The notes under the pieces are model-generated. The model made no database searches. It was not told where the DNA came from and saw only the letters and a list, made by a program, of their open reading frames with translations. A stretch of DNA of 64,000 nucleotides from a virus (lineage: Duplodnaviria > Heunggongvirae > Uroviricota > Caudoviricetes). Both the position numbers and the translations under genes were made by a program. Below are positions 8,987-18,344 of the stretch, in pieces. Positions within the stretch are counted from its first letter, which is position 1. The number at the start of each line of letters is the position of its first letter. The DNA is taken from IMG/VR virus record IMGVR_UViG_3300010396_000001, positions 68,320 through 132,319 of that record; one strand, given 5' to 3'.

Positions 8987-9181
8987 ATGACCATCAGGAA
9001 GACCGCCTCGGGAGGCCAGGTCACTGGCGTCGAGCCGATGACCGTGGACAGGGAGGTGCTCGGCCCTCCGGTCGAGGACTCGTTCCTGCGCCGCGAGGGC
9101 TCGAAGGCCGAGCCCCCGTGGACCGCTCAGGACGAGCAGGACCTGGCACGGGAGAGCGATGACGGGCCGTCCGCCCTTTAA
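8987..9181 (+). CDS. small hypothetical protein
   Basis: RBS GGGAGG 5 nt before the ATG. 64 aa. Confidence 0.4.
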   Translation: MTIRKTASGGQVTGVEPMTVDREVLGPPVEDSFLRREGSKAEPPWTAQDEQDLARESDDGPSAL

Positions 9182-10139
9182 CCTCGACGAGCTGCTCGGC
9201 GAGGCGCACGTCCGGCACTACCTGCGGTTCATTGACAGCGGGGCCCGTGACTTCTACGTGGCCCCGTCTGCCCCGCACTCGGACCGCTACGTCACCGTGG
9301 AGAGTGCCCCCGCCGACACCAATCAGGTCGAGCGCCGCGGCTGGGGCCCTGACACCTGCTCCAGCTCGTTCGCGCTGGCCGTCCAGCCGCAGTTCGTCTG
9401 GGACGTGTGCAGCTACTACCGGCGGCTGCACGTGCCGTTCTGGGCTACCCGGCGCCAGCTGCGCCTGGCCTACATCCGCCGTGGCGGCCCGTTCAGCCCC
9501 CGGCTGACCTACGCCTTTAAGCAGCTGCTCGATCCCGTCGTCCGGGCGGCCTACGATGCTGCCACTCCGCTGCGGCCGTTCTTCCTGGATGCCGATACCC
9601 AGGAGGCCGTCAAGCGCGCAGCGGCGCTGGAGGCGGCCCGGCGCACCGCCGAGCAGGGTATCCCGGCGACGGTAGAGGAGGTCCTGGAAGAGCGCGGCAT
9701 CCGCCAGCGCCGGGAGAGCCTGCGCGATGCGATGCGCGAGGGACGGCCGCCGCAGGAGCTGCCCGAGGATGACCGCCCCCTGGACGGCCTGCCGCTGGGC
9801 TCGTCGATATCACCGTGGGAGCGCCAGTGGTCCTGGTTCGCCCGCGGCAAGAGCATCGGCTGGCTGGCCCCGGTCAGCCGGCTGGAGGAATGGCAGCGGC
9901 TGCTGCGCCGCGAGCTGGCCGCCCGCGAGATCACCATCAGCTTCGCCGTGGGCTTCTGCCCCGGCTTCCGCTGGTATGCCTGGCGCCCGCGGGAGGGCAC
10001 CGGTATAGTCTTCCTCGGCCTCGACGCAGTGCCTGACGAGGTCCTGGCCATGCAGGCCGTGGCTGATTACCTGTCTTTCTCGTCTCTTTCGTCCCCGCGT
10101 CACAAGTCCCCTCGTAATAATCGTCCACAGGGAGAATAG
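9159..10139 (+). CDS. hypothetical protein with a degenerate J-domain-like segment (no HPD motif)
   Basis: SYYRRLHVPFWATRRQLRLAYIRRGG...FKQLLDPVVRAAYDA aligns to J-domain helices II-IV, but the HPD motif is replaced by RGGPF. Confidence 0.45.
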   Translation: MTGRPPFNLDELLGEAHVRHYLRFIDSGARDFYVAPSAPHSDRYVTVESAPADTNQVERRGWGPDTCSSSFALAVQPQFVWDVCSYYRRLHVPFWATRRQLRLAYIRRGGPFSPRLTYAFKQLLDPVVRAAYDAATPLRPFFLDADTQEAVKRAAALEAARRTAEQGIPATVEEVLEERGIRQRRESLRDAMREGRPPQELPEDDRPLDGLPLGSSISPWERQWSWFARGKSIGWLAPVSRLEEWQRLLRRELAAREITISFAVGFCPGFRWYAWRPREGTGIVFLGLDAVPDEVLAMQAVADYLSFSSLSSPRHKSPRNNRPQGE

Positions 10140-10142
10140 TAA

Positions 10143-11036
10143 ATGCCACTGCGCACTGGCGCCGAAGTCGCGGAGCAAGATTCTCAGTCCTTCAGCTCAG
10201 ACCGCCTCACCTTCCTTTCCTTCAAGGAGAACGAGGAACCGCAGATCGTGCGGTTCTTCGACGACCACAAGGCATGGCCGGTCGCCGACATTCACATTCT
10301 CGTCTCCACGAAGCCGCGCCCCGCCAACCGGGCCGAGAACCAGAACTGGCCCAAGTCGATGACGTGCACCTGCCAGAACGACCGCGGGTACCGCATCGAG
10401 AAAGACGGCCAGCCCACCGACGAGTGGGAGCCGGAGAAGGGCGCCTGCTACATCCACGCCAACTACGGCGACAAGAAGGACAACTTCGGCAAGCCGCAGT
10501 CCAGGGCCCGTACCACCACCCACGCCCGCGTCATCCTGCGCAAGAAGGTCGGCGACGAGATCGTGGACCAGATGGAAGAACGCGAGCTGCCCGACGGCAC
10601 CAAGCTGATGCTGCCGAAGATCCGGGTCATCGCCGCGTCCTACTCCAGCATCTTCGCGCCGGTCAAGGCCTCGGCCTGGCAGAGCAACACCGTCTGCAAC
10701 ATGGACTTCCGCATCAACAAGTCCGGCCGCGACATGGTGGTGGCGCCCGGCTCGGCCGACAGCCACCGGCCCGGCGCCGAGAGCTGGGCGGCCTACGAGG
10801 CTGCGATCGATAAGCTCGGTGACGCCGCCGACCTCATCGGCATGATCAACTACCAGGCCAGCACGGAGTGGTACCAGCGCTGGTACATCCCCGGCCCGTG
10901 GGACGACAGGAAGCCCGACGCCGAGAGCACCGGGGCGGGCACCGCGGTGACCGCCGACAGCGACCTGAACGAGGATGAGCAGGCCCAGCTCGCTGCCTAC
11001 CGCGAGCGGCTGAAGAGCAGCCGGGCGTCGTCGTGA
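10143..11036 (+). CDS. hypothetical protein
   Basis: 297-aa ORF immediately upstream of dnaE-like gene with coding-like codon usage. Confidence 0.6.
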   Translation: MPLRTGAEVAEQDSQSFSSDRLTFLSFKENEEPQIVRFFDDHKAWPVADIHILVSTKPRPANRAENQNWPKSMTCTCQNDRGYRIEKDGQPTDEWEPEKGACYIHANYGDKKDNFGKPQSRARTTTHARVILRKKVGDEIVDQMEERELPDGTKLMLPKIRVIAASYSSIFAPVKASAWQSNTVCNMDFRINKSGRDMVVAPGSADSHRPGAESWAAYEAAIDKLGDAADLIGMINYQASTEWYQRWYIPGPWDDRKPDAESTGAGTAVTADSDLNEDEQAQLAAYRERLKSSRASS

Positions 11037-11248
11037 CGCTCATTCACCAGCTCGCGCACAGCGAGCAGCGCCGGTCCCGCAAGGAGCCCGGCTTCACGCT
11101 GCTTGGCGTCAGCAGCCAGGGCCACGGCCTGCTGGCCTGGTTCTTCCTGTGGCGCCACCGCGGCCACAACGTGGTCCACATGAGCGACTGGCGGTGCTGC
11201 GGCTACATGTGCAAGACCTGCCCCGGGCACCCGATCTCCAGCGGCTGA
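11033..11248 (+). CDS. small hypothetical Cys-containing protein
   Basis: GTG start overlapping the upstream stop. Its own stop overlaps the dnaE ATG (TGATG). Confidence 0.4.
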   Translation: MTLIHQLAHSEQRRSRKEPGFTLLGVSSQGHGLLAWFFLWRHRGHNVVHMSDWRCCGYMCKTCPGHPISSG

Positions 11249-14200
11249 TGACGTTCGCCCACCTGCATAACCACACGGACTACAGCGCGCTCGACGGCCT
11301 CACGTTCCCCGCTGAGGCTGCCGGGCGCGCTGCGTCCCTGGGGCAGTCAGCCCTGGCGATTACCGATCATGGCGTGTGCTCCGGCCACCCGGCCCACCAG
11401 AAGGCCTGCGACGACGAGGGCATCAAGCCGATTTTCGGCATGGAGGGCTACTGGGTCCCCGACCGGCTGGAGCGGCCCGCGGCCGGGGACAAGGAAGCCC
11501 AGCAGCGCCTGCGGGCCAACCGGCACCTGATCCTGCTGGCCGCCTCGGACAAGGGCCTGCGCGACTTGTGGGCGCTGTCCACCGAGGCTTACGCGAGCGG
11601 CTTCTACTACCGGCCCCGCTGTGATGACGAGCTGCTGGAGCGCTACGGCAGCGACCTGATCGTGACTACTTCCTGCCTGGGCGGCCTGGTCTCCCGTGAC
11701 CTGCTGGACGGCAGCCTGGATGCGGCCGGCCAGCGCCTGGCCCGCTGGCGCGACATGTTCCCCGGCCGGTTCTACCTGGAGATCCAGGGAAATGCCCTGC
11801 CCGAGCAGCGTCGCCTTAACATGCTGCTCGCCCAGATGGGCGACATCCTGGATATTCCGCTGGTAGCTGCATCTGACGCTCACTACCCCTCCGCGGCCGA
11901 ATCGGAATTGCACCGGCTGTGGATGAGCTGCCAGACTAGTCCTGCGAATGATGCGTACTGGAATTACATTCACATGCAGGATGAGAGTGAAGTTCGTGAT
12001 CTACTTGGTTACCTCGATCCTCGTTGCGTTGATAGTGCTATTCATAATAGCTTCGAGATAGCCGAGCAATGTAATGCCAGAATAGGCGGGATAGCTGATC
12101 CGCCGCACTTTACTGCTTCTCATGAGGAAGACGCCAGCCTGCTGCTGGATCTCTGCATTGCTGCCTGGGACCGGATTCGCGTGCCCGGCCGCAAGCAGGA
12201 GTACCGCGACCGGCTGGAGCGTGAGTGGCAGCTGGTGTCCAGAAAGCACCTGGCCGGCTGCTACCTGATCGTTCACGACGTGATCAGGTATGCCAGGTCC
12301 AGGGGCGAGCTGCCCGGCCCTGGGCGGGGGAGTGCCGCAGGCTCGCTGATGTCCTACCTGCTCGCCATTACCTCCATGGACCCGGTCCGCACCGGCCTGA
12401 TGTTCGAGCGCTTCGTGACGCCGGGCCGCACCAGCCTGCCGGACTTCGACATGGACTTCGCCAGCTCTGCGCGCACCCACATCCAGGACTACGTCATCAG
12501 CAAGTACGGCGCCGAGCGCGTGGTCCGGGTCGGCACCCACATGCGCTACCGGTCCAAGGCCGTGCTCAACAAGCTGTTCTCCATCCTGCGGCCGGACGTC
12601 ACTGACGACCCGCCGCGGATTGCCTCGATCATCGACGAGGCCGAGAGCCATACCGCGGGCCTGGGCCTGCCGTGGGACGACCTGATGGAAGAGGCTGCCT
12701 CGCCGCTGGAGGCCTTCATCGAGCGCTACGCGGGCGTCTTCGAGGCCGCCAGCCGCCTGGTCGGCCACCTCAACTCCTACGGCCAGCACCCGGCCGGGCT
12801 GGTGATCTCCACGAGCCAGGACCTGGCCTCCTCGCTGCCGATGCGCACCGGGGACAAGGGCCAGCAGATCAGCCAGTGGGACTTCCGCACCCTCGACACC
12901 CTCGGGCTGCTCAAGCTCGACTTCCTGACCCTGCGCACCCTGGACTCCATCCAGCAGGCCATCAGGCTCGTCAGCGTCCGCACCCAGCAGCCGCCCGACC
13001 CGCTGAGCTGGGAGGCCGAGCACGACGACCCGCAGGCCTGGGACGAGATCTGCGCGGGCAACACCCTCGGCATGTTCCGGATCGAGACCAGCCTGGGGAT
13101 GGACTTCTGCCGCCGGATGAAGCCCCGGTCACTGCCCGACCTGGGCGCCCTGATCGCCCTGGTCCGCCCCGGTCCCCGCAACTCGGGGGTGGCCGAGGCC
13201 TACCTGCGGCGCCGGGCCGGACTGGAGGAGGTGACCTATCCTCATCCCCTGCTGGAGCCCTACCTCGGGCGCAGCTACGGGCTGATGATCTACCAGGAAG
13301 ACATTCTCAGCGCCTGCCGCGTTCTCGCCGGATATGACGACGCTGAAGCCGATGAAGTCCGCAGCATCCTCGGAAAGAAAAAGAAAGAGAAGATCCCGGC
13401 GGCAGGAGAGAAGTTCGTCCGCCGCTGCTTCGAGCACAGCGGGATCAAGCCGGAGGACGGGGAGAAGATATTCGCGCAGATAGCGGAGTTCGGAAAGTAC
13501 GGATTCAATCTTTCCCACGCCTACTCCTATGCGACGCTCTCCTACTGGACGGCCTGGCTGAAGGCACACTATCCCGTCGAGACGATTACCGCGATCCTGT
13601 CCACGCTGAGCGACAAGGACCGCATGCCTGCTTTCGCGGTGGAAGCACGGCGCATGGGCATTACCGTGCTGCCGCCTGATGTCCGGATTTCCGGCGCGGG
13701 CTTTACTGCCGAGGCCCTGTCCATCCGCTACGGGCTGTCATCAATCAAGGGACTCGGGCCCGCGGCCCTGACCTCCATCACCGCGGCGCAGCCCTACCAG
13801 TCCATGGATGACTTCGTCGCCCGCTCGAAGGCGGACGCGGGAGTGATCTACGCCCTGGCCCAGGCCGGGGCCCTGGACCCGCTGGTCGCCTCGCGCCGGG
13901 CCCTGGTGATGCGGCTGCAGGCCGACCGGTCGGGGGACGCCACCCGGTGCACCTTCAAGGACGAGAGCGTGCACGGGCCCAATGAGCTGCCCTGTACCTT
14001 CGACTGGGCCTCAGAGCCCGAACCTGAGCCGAGGTATGGCAGGAAAGGTCAGCCACTCAAGGTCATCCCGCTGAAGATCCCGGCGAGATGCACCCGCGCG
14101 TGCCGCCACTACTCCCCGCCGGCCCTGTCGTTCGCCGGGGTTCCGGAGTACTCAGCCGGGGAGCTATGGCGGCTGGAGACCGACATCTACGGCACCTGGA

Positions 14201-14586
14201 TGACCCCGGCCGCGTTCGAGGAGATCGACGCCATCCAGCCGGGGCTGCGCATGCACTCGCGCAATGCCGCCCGGCTGCTGCCCGGCGCTCCCCGCGGCAG
14301 CTACCCGGTCATCGCAGTGCACGACGGACTGCGCTCGGCCATCACCCGGCGGGGCTCGGTGATGTGGTGGCAGCGCCTGGTCACCGAGGTCTCCGTGCTG
14401 TCGGTTGCCGTCTTCTCGCCGCGCCGCGAGGATGACCCTGACCTGCCCTCAGCGGTCCGCTACCTGCAGCGGGGCACCGTGGTGCTGGCCGAGGTCGTGA
14501 AGGACTCATACGTCACCCCCTCAGGCCAGCCTCGTGTATCGTGGCGGCTGGAGAGCGTCGCTCCGCTGAAAGGTTCATTGTCATGA
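11248..14586 (+). CDS. dnaE: DNA polymerase III alpha subunit (DnaE-type, PHP domain N-terminus)
   Basis: HLHNHTDYSALDG PHP motif, GLLKLDFLTLRTLD palm motif and FNLSHAYSYATLSYWTAWLKAHYP. The true start is probably the ATG at 11248 (MTFAHLHNH) rather than the ORF start at 11149. Confidence 0.9.
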   Translation: MTFAHLHNHTDYSALDGLTFPAEAAGRAASLGQSALAITDHGVCSGHPAHQKACDDEGIKPIFGMEGYWVPDRLERPAAGDKEAQQRLRANRHLILLAASDKGLRDLWALSTEAYASGFYYRPRCDDELLERYGSDLIVTTSCLGGLVSRDLLDGSLDAAGQRLARWRDMFPGRFYLEIQGNALPEQRRLNMLLAQMGDILDIPLVAASDAHYPSAAESELHRLWMSCQTSPANDAYWNYIHMQDESEVRDLLGYLDPRCVDSAIHNSFEIAEQCNARIGGIADPPHFTASHEEDASLLLDLCIAAWDRIRVPGRKQEYRDRLEREWQLVSRKHLAGCYLIVHDVIRYARSRGELPGPGRGSAAGSLMSYLLAITSMDPVRTGLMFERFVTPGRTSLPDFDMDFASSARTHIQDYVISKYGAERVVRVGTHMRYRSKAVLNKLFSILRPDVTDDPPRIASIIDEAESHTAGLGLPWDDLMEEAASPLEAFIERYAGVFEAASRLVGHLNSYGQHPAGLVISTSQDLASSLPMRTGDKGQQISQWDFRTLDTLGLLKLDFLTLRTLDSIQQAIRLVSVRTQQPPDPLSWEAEHDDPQAWDEICAGNTLGMFRIETSLGMDFCRRMKPRSLPDLGALIALVRPGPRNSGVAEAYLRRRAGLEEVTYPHPLLEPYLGRSYGLMIYQEDILSACRVLAGYDDAEADEVRSILGKKKKEKIPAAGEKFVRRCFEHSGIKPEDGEKIFAQIAEFGKYGFNLSHAYSYATLSYWTAWLKAHYPVETITAILSTLSDKDRMPAFAVEARRMGITVLPPDVRISGAGFTAEALSIRYGLSSIKGLGPAALTSITAAQPYQSMDDFVARSKADAGVIYALAQAGALDPLVASRRALVMRLQADRSGDATRCTFKDESVHGPNELPCTFDWASEPEPEPRYGRKGQPLKVIPLKIPARCTRACRHYSPPALSFAGVPEYSAGELWRLETDIYGTWMTPAAFEEIDAIQPGLRMHSRNAARLLPGAPRGSYPVIAVHDGLRSAITRRGSVMWWQRLVTEVSVLSVAVFSPRREDDPDLPSAVRYLQRGTVVLAEVVKDSYVTPSGQPRVSWRLESVAPLKGSLS

Positions 14587-14846
14587 CGACATCGAAGGTC
14601 GTGGCGCCCTGGACATCAGACCAGGTAGCGAGCCTGAATGGCTATCAGGAGTCAGGCAAGTTCCATCCGTTCACCTGCGGGAACCCTGACTGCCCCCGGA
14701 TCAGGGACCGGCCCTCGGTGCTCATCGCCCGCGTGCCCGGCTGGGTATGCCCGATGAACTGCGGCTACCAGCAGGACTGGGCCCACGACTGGATGGCGAA
14801 CGGGTCCTGGAAGGACATGAGCAAGACGCGGGGAACTGCACCATGA
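14583..14846 (+). CDS. small hypothetical Cys-containing protein
   Basis: ATG overlaps the dnaE stop (ATGA). Contains FTCGNPDCP and CPMNCG. Confidence 0.5.
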   Translation: MTTSKVVAPWTSDQVASLNGYQESGKFHPFTCGNPDCPRIRDRPSVLIARVPGWVCPMNCGYQQDWAHDWMANGSWKDMSKTRGTAP

Positions 14847-15061
14847 CGGCTACCCGGAGGGCCCTTGAGAATATCGGCCTGTTTCTTGCATGGGCCGCCG
14901 CTTCTCGCGGAGGTGATGAGACGCCGATTACCTATCCGTACGCTCTCCCGGCGGATAAAGCTCCGCCGCGGTTTTCGCTGGGAGACCTGAAGCAGGTATA
15001 TGAGGTCGCACGGCTCTCTTACGAAAGAGTCCCGGCAGTGCCCGAGGATACTGCGCCATGA
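14843..15061 (+). CDS. small hypothetical protein
   Basis: ATGA overlaps at both ends. 72 aa. Confidence 0.45.
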   Translation: MTATRRALENIGLFLAWAAASRGGDETPITYPYALPADKAPPRFSLGDLKQVYEVARLSYERVPAVPEDTAP

Positions 15062-16026
15062 GCAGCGGGACTGAGATCCGGGAGGCAGTGAGGCTGCTCA
15101 GCACGGCTCGTTATCCTGCTGACGTCTTTCCGGATGACCCGGATCAGGCCAGGAAGCGCTACCGCCAGCTGGCCGGGCTGCTGCATCCTGACCGGAACCC
15201 GGCCACCGAGGACGTCTTCGCCAAGCTCACCACCTTGTGGAATGAGTACCAGAATCCTGCTCCCTCCGTCATTCACGGGGATATCGCTGACCTGTTTCCC
15301 GTCCCGGAGGGCCTGCTCAAGATAACGCGCCAGCCTGCTGATAATGACCTGATGGCACGGGAGGCAGAAGCACTTACCCGGCTGCATTTCAGTGACCTGG
15401 AGAAGTACCAGGCATTCTTCCCCGAGCTGATCTCCGCCGGGCGCCAGCGCGATCCTGCCACGGGCAATATCCGGCACGTAAACACCCTGCGCAGGCTAGA
15501 GGGATTCTTCACGCTGGAGGAAGTCCAGCGAGCCTACCCGGCGGGCCTGGAACCGCGGGACATCGCATGGATATGGCGGCGCGTCCTGACTGCGCTCGGC
15601 GCCGCTCACTCCGCGGGCATCATTCACGGGGCGGTTCTTCTGCCGCACATCATGATTCACCCGGCCGATCACGGGCTCGTGCTCGTTGACTGGTGCTACT
15701 CGTCCTCGCAGAAGAACATGCGAATTCCCGCTGTCGTCCGGAAATACAAGTACTGCTATGCCCCTGAGATCCTTAATAAGGAAGTTCCCTCTCCGGCCGC
15801 TGATATCTACATGGCCGCGAAAGTCATGGCCGCTCTTCTCGGGGATCCCGGCAAGCCGGGATATTACCAGCTGCTGGCTTTTGCCAAGGGCTGCATGCAT
15901 CAGCGCCCGACATGGCGGCCTCAGCAGGCGTGGAGACTGCTGAAAGAGCTAGATGAGCTGCTGGAGCGGATATTCGGGCCGCCCCGGTTCCATCCGTTCG
16001 CGATGCCCGCGAACGTCAGCAACTAG
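15058..16026 (+). CDS. J-domain protein fused to a protein-kinase-like fold with degenerate catalytic motifs (probable pseudokinase)
   Basis: N-terminus ARKRYRQLAGLLHPDRNP...FAKLTTLWNEY is a J domain with HPD. C-terminal region has IIHGAVLLPHIMI (HRD replaced by HGA), LVDWC (DFG-like) and YAPEIL (APE motif). Confidence 0.6.
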   Translation: MSSGTEIREAVRLLSTARYPADVFPDDPDQARKRYRQLAGLLHPDRNPATEDVFAKLTTLWNEYQNPAPSVIHGDIADLFPVPEGLLKITRQPADNDLMAREAEALTRLHFSDLEKYQAFFPELISAGRQRDPATGNIRHVNTLRRLEGFFTLEEVQRAYPAGLEPRDIAWIWRRVLTALGAAHSAGIIHGAVLLPHIMIHPADHGLVLVDWCYSSSQKNMRIPAVVRKYKYCYAPEILNKEVPSPAADIYMAAKVMAALLGDPGKPGYYQLLAFAKGCMHQRPTWRPQQAWRLLKELDELLERIFGPPRFHPFAMPANVSN

Positions 16027-16042
16027 GGAAAAGGAGACCGCC

Positions 16043-17032
16043 ATGGGAGGCGGCAGCTACTCAGCTTCCACTTACGATGCCGTGCGCTCGTATAACTCCA
16101 CGCACGGGATCGACGACTTCGTCTATGCCGCCAGCGGCGCCACCACGACGCACGAGTCCCTGGACGTCAAGGGCAAGGGCCTCGACGGCAAGGGCGCCAC
16201 CCGCGAGAGCCGCGACAGCGCCGAGCATCCGCTCTCGCTGCCGATCGCGATCTTCGAGGACGTGACCGGCTCGATGGCCAGCGTCCCGCGGCTGCTGCTG
16301 GACAAGCTGCCCCAGCTGCAGGGCCTGCTGCAGCGCAAGGGCTACGCCACCGACCCGCAGATCATGTTCGCCGCCATCGGCGACGCCACGGTGGACAGCG
16401 CCCCGCTGCAGGTCGGCCAGTTCGAGTCCGACAACCGGATGGACAGCGACCTCACCAACCTCCTGCTCGAAGGCGGCGGGGGCGGCGGCCGGCAGGAGTC
16501 CTATGAGCTGGCGCTGTACTTCCTCGCCCGCCACACGGCCACCGACAGCTGGGAGAAGCGCGGCCATCGCGGCTACGCCTTCATCATCGGCGATGAGATG
16601 GCCTACCCGTTCGTCAAGCGCGCTGAGGTCGCCGAGCACATCGGCGACACCCTGCAGGACAACATCCCGCTCCAGGAGATCCTCGACGAGGTCCGGCAGA
16701 AGTGGGACATCTACTACATCCTGCCCGAGGGAGCCTCTTACGTCGGCGATGCCGAGCACCTGGCCTTCTGGCGCGGGCTGCTCGGGCAGAACGTGATCGA
16801 GCTGGGCAGCCTGGACGCGGTCTGCGAGACGATCGCGCTGACCATCGGGCTCGCCGAGGGCACCACCGACCTGACCACGGGGCTGTCCGACCTGAAGGAC
16901 GTCGGCTCCTCCTCCGGCGATGTCGTCTCCAGGGCGCTGGCCACGATCGGGTCGGCGACCGGCCGGGGCGGCGTGGTGGCAGCGCCGCCGCCCGGTGCTC
17001 TTGACGCTCCCAGCGGCAGCGAGCGCCTCTGA
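16043..17032 (+). CDS. von Willebrand factor A (vWA) domain protein
   Basis: RBS AAAGGAGAC. MIDAS-like LPIAIFEDVTGSMASV (DxTxS), vWA-like alternation of hydrophobic strands, Gly-rich linker. Confidence 0.55.
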   Translation: MGGGSYSASTYDAVRSYNSTHGIDDFVYAASGATTTHESLDVKGKGLDGKGATRESRDSAEHPLSLPIAIFEDVTGSMASVPRLLLDKLPQLQGLLQRKGYATDPQIMFAAIGDATVDSAPLQVGQFESDNRMDSDLTNLLLEGGGGGGRQESYELALYFLARHTATDSWEKRGHRGYAFIIGDEMAYPFVKRAEVAEHIGDTLQDNIPLQEILDEVRQKWDIYYILPEGASYVGDAEHLAFWRGLLGQNVIELGSLDAVCETIALTIGLAEGTTDLTTGLSDLKDVGSSSGDVVSRALATIGSATGRGGVVAAPPPGALDAPSGSERL

Positions 17033-17035
17033 CAT

Positions 17036-18332
17036 GAAAACTCCCCGCCATTACATCGTGGCTGACCTCGGCTACGGGGACAGCGGGAAGGGCACGGTGA
17101 CGGACTGGCTCTGCTCACGCGACGCGGAGCCGGCCCGTCTCGTGGTCCGCTATAACGGCGGTGCCCAGGCCGGCCACAACGTCGTGCTGCCGGACGGCCG
17201 TCACCACTGCTTCAGCCAGTTCGGCTCCGGCACCCTGCAGGGTGCGCGCACCCACCTGTCCCGGTACATGATGGTGGACCCGCTCGCCCTGACGGCCGAG
17301 GCCGAGCACCTGACCGGGCTCGGCATCGCCAGCCCGTACTCGCTGCTGACCGTGGACCGGGATGCCCTGCTGACCACGCCCTATCACATCGCGGCTAACC
17401 GGGCCCGCGAGCTGGCCCGCGATGAGGACCGGCACGGCTCCTGCGGCAAGGGCATCGGCGAGACTGCCCGCTATGCCGAGCAGCATCCGCTGCGGGCTCC
17501 CAGGGCCGTGCATGCGCTTGCGCCCAGGAACATGGCTCGTTACCTGGATGCGCTGCGGCGGCAGCTGGAAGAGGAACTCGGGCCGCTGCAGGACGTGCCG
17601 GAGGTCAGCGAGCTAACTCGTGCCTACGCTGCCTTCGCCGACTGCGTCCGGCTGACGAGCGGGAATTACCTGACGCACCAGCTGGAAAGCGAGTCGGCGG
17701 TATTCGAGGGAGCGCAGGGCGTCCTGCTCGACGAGACCTACGGATTCCAGCCGTACACCACCTGGAGCACGACCACATTCCGCAATGCGGAACGACTGCT
17801 TGCTCCTTCTGGCATCAAGGGCCTGCGCATCGGGGTAATCCGCACCTACATGACCCGGCACGGGCCGGGTCCGTTCCCCACCGAGGACGAGATGCTCGGC
17901 ATTCCTGAGCCGCACAATCCCCCGAACGACTGGCAGGGAACAGCACGACTGGGGCACCTGGACGGAGTGGTGCTTCGCTATGCAGTTAAGGTCTGCGGCG
18001 GAACTGATTTCCTTGCGGTCACCCATTACGATGCGCACCTGGATAATGTTTACGGTGGTCCCGCGCTGAAGATATGCCCGGCCTACCTGAGCAGAGAGGG
18101 CCCCGTTATCCGGGAGATCAGTCACGCTCCCGATGATCCTGAAGGCCTCACGAAGACCCTGATAGGCGCTCGGCCGGTCTATATGCGCCTGCCCCAGCAC
18201 GGCTGGGGAGACCGGCTGCAGAAGATCACCGGGGTACCTGTCGGCATCGTCTCCCACGGGCCTACGTTCAGGCAGAAAGTCACCACCGACGCATGGGATG
18301 AAGCGGTTGCCGGCGCAGTTCAGACGGGATAG
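17036..18332 (+). CDS. adenylosuccinate synthetase homologue (PurA-like; possibly PurZ, 2-aminoadenine pathway)
   Basis: IVADLGYGDSGKGTVTD (P-loop GDxGKG), RYNGGAQAGHN (catalytic His), FEGAQGVLLD, VSHGP. The RRRR motif of PurA is absent. ATG at 17036; the upstream extension to 16920 is rejected. Confidence 0.8.
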
Positions 18333-18344
18333 CGTGACGCCACT

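Noticed and set aside
16920-18332. N-terminally extended PurA-like ORF from 16920
   Set aside because: The extension overlaps the vWA gene in another frame and is Arg/Pro-rich. The ATG at 17036 (MKTPRHYIVADLGYGDSGKG) puts the P-loop at the normal distance from the N-terminus.
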